From Octopus bimaculoides (lineage: Eukaryota), in assembly GCF_001194135.2 (NCBI RefSeq), contig NC_069006.1, positions 4,251,368 through 4,315,367 of the forward strand: a stretch of DNA of 64,000 nt, written 5' to 3'. The translations under genes were made by a program, and so were the position numbers. This document shows, one piece after another, positions 56,381 to 64,000 of this stretch. Under the pieces are notes generated by a model. It saw nothing but the letters and a program-made list of their open reading frames with translations, did no database searches and was not told the DNA's origin. Position 1 is the stretch's first letter; every line of letters begins with the position of its first letter.

Positions 56381-56610
56381 CTTTACTGCCCACAAGGGGC
56401 TACACACAGAGCGGACAAATAAGGACAGACAAACGGATCAAGTCGATTATATCGACCCCAGTGCATAACTGGTACTTATTTAATCGACCCCGAAAGGATG
56501 AAAGGCAAAGTCGACCTCGGTGGAATTCGAACTCAGAACGTAGCGGCTGACGAAATAGCGCTAAGCATTTAGCACGTCGCGTTAATGTTTCTGCCAGCTC
56601 ACCGCCTTTT
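56381..56610 (-). mobile_element. tRNA-derived SINE family B (best copy)
   Basis: Minus strand GGCGGTGAGCTGGCAGAA...CTGAGTTCGAATTCC...GTCGACTTTGCCTTTCATCCTTTCGGGGTCGAT; related copies at ~1820, 6127, 28305, 31455, 33310, 39905, 47215, 59490, 63500. Confidence 0.82.
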
Positions 56611-58054
56611 ACCATTCTCATACTATCACATAACAATTTTTAGGGAAAAAAAATCATATCTGTATCTTTGTGAATGGCATTAGCAACATATGTGAAGGGA
56701 TTCCCACTGGAAATTGAACCTGAGTTGGCAGAGGTGGGGGGGGGGGAATAACAAATATAAACAGCTGGTGCCATGTAAAAAGCACCCATGCTGGTACCGT
56801 GTAAAAGTGTCTGTGCTGGTGCCATATAAAATGCACCTATGCCAGTGCCATGTAGAAAGGACACATGCTGGTGCCATGTAAAAAGCACCCAAGACACTCT
56901 GTAAAGTGGTTGGCATTATGAAGAGCATCCAGCTGTAGAAACCAAGCCAAAACAGACTGGTTTTACCAGTTCCTGACAAGCCATCCAATCTATGCCAGCA
57001 TGGAAAACAAACATTAAATGATGATGATGATGATATATGTGTTGTATGTGTATGTAAGTATATAGGTGTATATTAACATATGTGTGTGTGTGTATATGTG
57101 AGTGTACAGTTTTCCATGCTTGTATGGGTCAGACAAAGTTTGTTGAGGCAGATCTTATGTAGCCAGATACTCCTCCTCTTGCCAACCCTCACCTGCTTTC
57201 AAGCAAAGTAATATTGCTCCATGGCCAGGCATGTTTTCTTAGAATATTGGAAAGGAACAACACTGCTTGTATGACAGTGACAATCATTTACAACTGCAGC
57301 CTGACATCAAGACAAGAAAAGACAAACAGACAGACCCTCACACAAATATTTATATACATACATACATAAATACGTTGATTTCATGCTAATTCATGTTCCA
57401 AACCAGTTTAATAATGACAAAATTATTTTACTGATTTCTTTGTTAGTTTGAAAATTAATTGAAATAAGAACAGCGTATTTCCACAGAATTATGGTAGTAA
57501 AAGGAGTAAAGACCACCTGAGAATAAATATATCGAAGACAATACACAGAATTTAAACAGAAACCAGTTTGTGAAGGTTTAGCGTGAAACACAAAACAGCT
57601 GACAACTGAAAAATAACATAAAATGATAAAGGAAACAGCAAAAACAACATGTTAATCCCTTTATCCTATAATAAATGAGATCATCGCCAACATCATTTTT
57701 ACGTCTGCTTTCCATTCTAAGCATGGTTGGCTCATTTAACAGGATCTGATGAGTCAGAAGATTGCATCATGCTTCAGTGTCTCAGTTTTGGCAGGGTTTC
57801 TAGGGATGAATGCACTTTCTGAGACCAACCACTTTACAGAGTGTACTGGGTGCTGTTCTTGTGTCACCAATACCAGTAAGGTTACCTTGCAGCTTGCATG
57901 AGTAAAGAGCCTAAGGAGAGAGAGAAAGAGAGAGAGAGAGAGAGGAGGGGGCACTACTAACGAAAGGAGAGAGAGAGAGAGGCACAACAAATGAAAGGAA
58001 AATAAGAGAGGGAGTGAGAGATGAGTTTATGCAAGATTATGAGAACAGGTAGAG

Positions 58055-58395
58055 CAGGGGATCTCCACCATTTTTTTACCTATGAATGCCCTTGATTACT
58101 GTTTCATTTTGGTGGAACACCCACTCCACTTCAATATTTAAAAACTAGTTTCATAGACACTTCTTTCAAAATTACTATTTTGTTTTCCCCACATTAACTT
58201 ATATAGGTTGAACTATGTAAAATGCTAGAGAAAGAAACCTAGCTGTTTCTTGCAATACATACATCTAAAGAAAAAGTTTTTCAGGGTCCCTCAAAAAACT
58301 ATTGTTGATCCCCAGTTTACTATTTTGCTACATGGGGCCCCCAAAATCTTATATGGACCATCAAGAGCCATATGAACACCAATTGAAAACCACTG
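58055..58395. mobile_element. hAT-type MITE
   Basis: CAGGGGATCTC...GAAAACCACTG termini; 8-bp flanks AGGTAGAG/GGGTAGAA. Confidence 0.65.
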
Positions 58396-58959
58396 GGGTA
58401 GAATATGAGGAGAGGAATAGCTCTATTGTTGTGAGGGGGGTGGTAATGAAGCGAGCAAGAAAGTAGTCAGTGTTAGGGGGGGGGGATATTGAAGGGGGAA
58501 GGGGAAGAGATTTGTACAAGGGGCTAGCAAATAACTCCTATAAAGGTGTAGACAACTGGGTTTTAAAAATGTAACAAATAAGTTAAAGTGATCTCAACTA
58601 AAAGCTTCCATCAAAATTTCATGTCAATTTGTGTTCCAAACCCCAGGTTAATAATGACAGTTATTTCAATAAATTCTTCCCTATTTCCAAAATCAACTGG
58701 AACGAAGGCAACGCATTTCAACAGAAATACAAGGGTAACAAAAGAATTAAGTATGCATTTCCTCTGCCAAAAATTTCTATTCCGTTGCCAAAGTAAGAAA
58801 TTACCATAATAAGTAAAATCATTAGCCACATAGTTGATTAATTATCGAAGCAGTACTAAAATGAGAGATGTTGGTCCTACAACCTAGATGAACGAATTCC
58901 ATGCCACACCTACCATTTCCAGTTAGAAACGCTCCACTCACTAATGATTTTTTTCTTTT

Positions 58960-59420
58960 TATATACAATTTTATTGTGATCAAGGCTTGAGGCCACTATA
59001 GTGTAAGGGACCGCAAAGAAGGAAAAGAAGGGGGTCTACTAATTCAAAAGATGTAGATCGCCAAAAAGCTTAGAGGACTGAATATTGTAAAGCAGAGGAA
59101 AGCAAGGCAATGGTCAGGAGTTCCAGTTTGAGGAAGGAAACTATCAAAGCAAAAGGAGTTATGACTAAGAGGAAACTCGACAGAGAAATGATGCAGTTGG
59201 GACGAGAAATGGGTGACATGTTTAAAAGGTGTTGACAGAAGGTACGAGAGCAGAAAGTTCAGAGTAATAACCATGGAAATACTTATGGATAAGACACAAT
59301 AAGGATACATTTCGATGATGAGGCAAAGACTCCAACCTAGTGGAAAGAAGAGGAACTTGAGGAAGGCATAAACAACACTCAGTCATTTGCAAGTCTAAGG
59401 GCTCAAACCCCTCATCGTCC
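58960..59420 (-). mobile_element. CR1/L2-like LINE 3' end
   Basis: Minus strand resembles SLPHHRNVSLLCL..KYFHGY.SELSALVP...HFSVEFP...YNIQS; AATAAA near the 3' end. Confidence 0.55.
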
Positions 59421-61180
59421 TTATTTTTGTGGGTTCTTGTTCTAGAAAATCTTTTTCAAAGATAAAAAAGGAAAACACAACATTTTCCAATTCCAATTTA
59501 GGTACAAAGCTAGTTATTTTGAGGGGAGGGGGCAAGACAATCACACAACTCCAGTACTTGGCTGGTACTTATTTCATTGACCCTGAAAGGATGGAAGGTA
59601 AAGTTGCCCTCAGCAGAATTTGAACTCAGAATGTAAAGAGCCAAAAGAAATACCACGAAGCCTTTTTGTCCACAACACTACAAATAATGATTCTTTCTCA
59701 TTTTGAGGAGATTGGGGGGTGCGGGTGGGGGGGAGAAGTCAATTGTATAACCCCAGTAATTGACTGGGACTTGATTTTCTTGACCTTGAAAGTACGAGCA
59801 ACAAAAATAACTTTGGCAGCATTTGAACCCAGGACGTAAAGACAATGTGAGACTAAGTTATAGGGACATAAGCAATAAACACACCAGCACTGGTTGTCAA
59901 GCAGTGGGAAAGGGAAGGGGACAAACACAGGCACACACACACACACACATGGTGGACTTCTTTCAGTTTCTGTCTACCAAATCCACTCACAAGACTTCAG
60001 TCGGCCCAGGGCTATAGTATAAGACACTTTTGAAAAGTACCATGCAGTGGAACTGAACCTGGAACCATGTGGTTGGGAAGCAAACTTCTTACCACACAGC
60101 CACACCTGCACCCAATAAGTATGAAAACACATTAATTCTAGTTGAAAATGGAGGAATTGTTTTCTCAATACATAACACTTCTAGGGAAAAGGAAGTGATG
60201 CAGCAACTTTGCTGAAAGGCAGCAACATCCAGTGCTTTGATCAACAGATTTGCTGAATCAGGAACCACTTAAGGGTTAAACCCAAACAAAATATTCCATG
60301 ACCCAGCAGAAACAATCACATTCCAGCAGAGATATACTTTATTAAAGACTGCCTCGCACTAAATAATATACTCCTTCATCTTTTACTTGTTTCATTCATT
60401 AGAGCATGGCCATGCTGGGGCACCGCCTTGAAGTTTTAGTTGAATGAACTGACCCTGGTAATGATCTTTCGTTAAGCCTGGAACTTGGTCTGTCAGTCTC
60501 TTTTGCCAAACTGCTAAGTTACAGGGAGATGAACATACCAACACCTGTTGTCAAGAGATACTGAGGGACAAACACACACACACACAAACATATACGACAG
60601 GCTTCTTTCAGTTTCCGTATATCAAATCCACTCATAATGCTTTGGTCAGCCCAAGGCTATAGTAGAAGACATTTGCCTAACTTACCATGCAGTGGACTGA
60701 ACCCAGAACCATGTGCTTGGGAAATAAGCTTCTTACCACACAGCCATGCTTCATAAAACAGAGATCAAAATGGGAATAAATAGTGAAGAAGAAAGACATT
60801 TTCTAAAGACCAGTCAGGATTGATCCTGTAGCTGCAGGCCTGGGCAAGGATTTTGTTGTGAAAGGCTGACAGTTATGGATGACTACTAATAGTCACCAAC
60901 AACCTAATCCTACCTCCATTTTTTGTACTGACACAGATCGGATGGTTTCACCGGATCCAGCAAACCTCAGGGCTGCTTTGAGCTCCGATGTCAGCTTTGG
61001 CTTGGTTTCTACGATTGGATGCCATTCTTAACATCAACCACTTTACAGAGTTTACTGGGTGCATTTTTTTTTTTTTATGCTACTGGCACTAGTGAGGCCA
61101 TTAAGTGAATTGTAAGCCAGAAAAAGAACAGGAAAAAGTCCCATGACAAAGTGGAGAGGGTGGTTTTAAACCAGGTACTG

Positions 61181-61451
61181 CAGGGGTTTTTAAACTGTGG
61201 TTCGCGGACCACAGGGGGTCCGTAGACAGCAAATACTTTTTATGGGCAATTTGATTTTATATATGTTTTTTAATCGAAATCTTTTAATTGACAATAAACC
61301 TATTTGTTAAATACTGTTAAATAAATAAATGTAAAAATGTTATTTTAAGCAAATATTTATGTATAAATTTCATAAGCGTTTATAAGGAGGTCCCTAAGGT
61401 AAAGCCTGAAATATAAAGGGGTCCGCAAGTCAAAAAGTTTGAAAACCCCCG
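61181..61451. mobile_element. hAT-type MITE with perfect 8-bp TSD
   Basis: TIR CAGGGGTTTTTAAACT / AGTTTGAAAACCCCCG; AGGTACTG at 61173-61180 and 61452-61459. Confidence 0.82.
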
Positions 61452-62194
61452 AGGTACTGAGAGGCTAAATTACAACAGAGGGACAAGTGTAGGTGACTTG
61501 CTATAAATGGCACCCCACATTATATAAGGGTTGGAGGGAATAGATGAGAAGATAAAAATGGTAGTAATGGGGTGTCAGAACAAACTCTCAAGGTACAAGA
61601 AGGTGAGCATACAGAGAAAAAGAGAGTGGGTGCTTTCATAATGTGAGGGGAGAGTAACAGATGGTTAGGAATGGGGTAGAGGTGATGAACAAGGGTGGAG
61701 GAGCAGAGATGGGAAATATCAGTATGAAGAGGTGGGTAAGATGAGAGAGGCAGAAGTGGCTCAGGAAGAAAGATGGATCAAAAGGTGTAGGAATGAAGGG
61801 GTGATGCACGAGGTCTGTGAATGGTGGAAAGAGAGACGTAGGGGTACATAAGGGTGGCTATAGTGAGCATGATGATGGTTATGAGAGGGCACTGAGAATG
61901 GTAGTACGTATGTGAGGTGTTAATATGGAGCACTGTAGAAGGGAGAGATAACTGTAGGCATAGAAAAGAGATGACTAGTGAAAATAGGGACAAGAAGGGA
62001 GAATAATGAGATCAAGGGATTGAAAAGGTTCATAGGAGAGGGCATGTGTACTGACTCCCGAGTGATCACAGTTGTAGAGTAGTACTGTAGATAGAGGAGT
62101 GATGGAGGACTGGATGTTAGGGGAATGAGATGTGGAGAATGCTTGAGGGGACAGAATGGGTGTATTGTCCAAGAGAAAGGCTGTCACTTTAGGT

Positions 62195-62648
62195 CAATGG
62201 TTCTCAACTATTTTTTCCCTACGGTTCGTTTGATTACTTTTTAAACAACCATTCAACGTTTAAAAAGTCATATTATATTTTTATAATTAAATATTATTAG
62301 GAATTGTATGAAAAAATTGTTAAAATACTTTGGGTGTTGTAGAAGTATCACGGAATAGAGCGTTACATGGTGGAGACTGAGCTGGTGGGAAGAAGAGCAA
62401 GTGGAAGGCAGAGACTGAAGATGAAGAAGAGAATGAACATGCAGAGCGAGAAAGGACCTGGGTGATGCTGCAAGAGATGAAAATAAATGGAGGAGTAACA
62501 AGCCACGATTCGTCAACGGCATGAATATGCCATGACACGAGAGAGAGAGAGAGAGAGAGAGAGGTATAACCAATTTATTGCTGACAAATTTTAACAAAAT
62601 CTTATATGGACCTACAAGGGCCATATGGACCCTGGTTGAGAATTACTG
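62195..62648. mobile_element. hAT-type MITE interrupted by a LINE 3' end with (GA)n
   Basis: CAATGGTTCTCAAC...GTTGAGAATTACTG termini; purine-rich insert ~62330-62562. Confidence 0.6.
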
Positions 62649-63073
62649 TTTTAGAGTCTGATACAACCTGGTACCAGAGTCATCATCCTAGATGTTGCTG
62701 TCGGAATACAAAGTGTCTAGAGTGAACACCACAAGGTATACCATATGGCACTCTTATGTTACTCCAATTTACAACCCTTGATTTGTACACATTTACTAAC
62801 TCCTGAAATGATGGGCAGTCAAATACTGTTAGACAGTCTATTGAATACACTAATTAACGACTCTGCTAATTGGTCAACTTTTATTTTCCTAATTATTCAT
62901 CACAGCATGGCTGTGTTGTTAAGAAGCTCGTTTGGCAACCATAGGGTTTCGGGTTCAGTCCCACTGCACAGCATCTTAGGCAAGTGTCTTCTATTACAGC
63001 CCGAGGCTGACCAATACCTTGCGAGTGAATCTGGTATATGGAAACTGCATGGAAACCTGCCATATATGTATAT

Positions 63074-63110
<37 letters not shown>

Positions 63111-64000
63111 AAGGGTTTGGGTTTGTTCCTCACTACTACTTGGCAACTGATGTTGAACTTCCCTGTAACTTAGCAGTTCAGCAAAACAGACCAATAGAAT
63201 AAGTACTAGACTTTAACAGAAAAAGAGCTCTAGGTTGATTTTTTTTTTACTATACCATCGAAGAATGTGCTCCAGCTTGGCCACAGTCCAATGACTGAAA
63301 CAAGTAAAAAAAGATTAACCTCAGTATTTGAGTGGATTTTCTTAATCCAATCCAGTTGGATTAAGAATGCAAAGTTGGCCGCAGGTGGATTTGAAATCGA
63401 AAACATAAAAAGAACTAAATACGGCAAAGAATTTAGGACACTTTGACTGACGCTCCGCTAATTCTGCCATCCAGGACCCTATTTCAGATTTTGCCACAAG
63501 ACCAGTAACATTGCGGGAGGTGGCTAGTCGATAACAACACTGACCCCAGTGCTCAACTGGTACTTATTTTATCAACCCTGAACAGATGAAAGGCAAAGCC
63601 GACCTCGATGGAATTTGAACTCAGAATGTAAAGATGGATGAAATGCTGCTAAGCATTTTGCCCAGCACAGTAATGATTCAGCCATCTCACCACGTTCAAC
63701 CAGTCTATTTAATATTAATAATTTCTTACAATAATCAAGACCTTTGGCATTATGTCGTGCTTGAGAAGAAGACTCATCAAGCTGAGCAAAATCACAGTTG
63801 TGGCAGATACCGGTGTCGTGCAAATTGGCACCCGTGCCAGTGGAATGTAAAAGCACCCCGGTGTCACACAAATGGCACCCGTGCTGTTGGCATGTAAAAG
63901 CACCCATTACACTCTCGGAGTGGTTGGCATTAGGAAGGGCATCCAGCCGTAGAAAAACCATGCCAAATCAGACTGGAGCCTGGCACAGCCTTCCAGTGTA

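Noticed and set aside
63339-63367. 12-bp perfect hairpin TTCTTAATCCAA/TTGGATTAAGAA
   Set aside because: Short, AT-rich and at the junction of two SINE remnants; plausible by chance or local duplication

Overview
AT-rich, repeat-dense eukaryotic genomic DNA with nine N-gaps. The SINE/RTE/microsatellite content suggests an octopus assembly; this is inference, not tested. Two conserved multi-exon genes face each other tail-to-tail. INTS11/CPSF3L (Integrator endonuclease) is on + with 12 coding exons or exon parts at 666-16857; its 5' exons lie before the window. APPBP2 (TPR protein) is on - with 11 coding exons at 33034-56200; exon 1 was not found. Four expected exons or exon parts are absent from the called sequence and coincide with N-gaps. 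Almost all remaining sequence is transposon debris: three tRNA-headed SINE families, many RTE LINE fragments and RTE 3' tails, a decayed mariner, and hAT, Tc1/mariner/pogo and piggyBac-like MITEs, often nested. Most notable are (1) a TSD-flanked ~520-bp palindromic insertion in an INTS11 intron whose arms join a tRNA-like Pol III head to a Penelope/retrozyme-type minimal hammerhead ribozyme motif, (2) a GC-AG intron in INTS11, (3) an apparent extra intron creating a 33-nt APPBP2 exon, and (4) a SINE whose 5' half is inverted between opposed (CA)n/(TG)n tracts. Nearly all ORFs in the supplied track are spurious.
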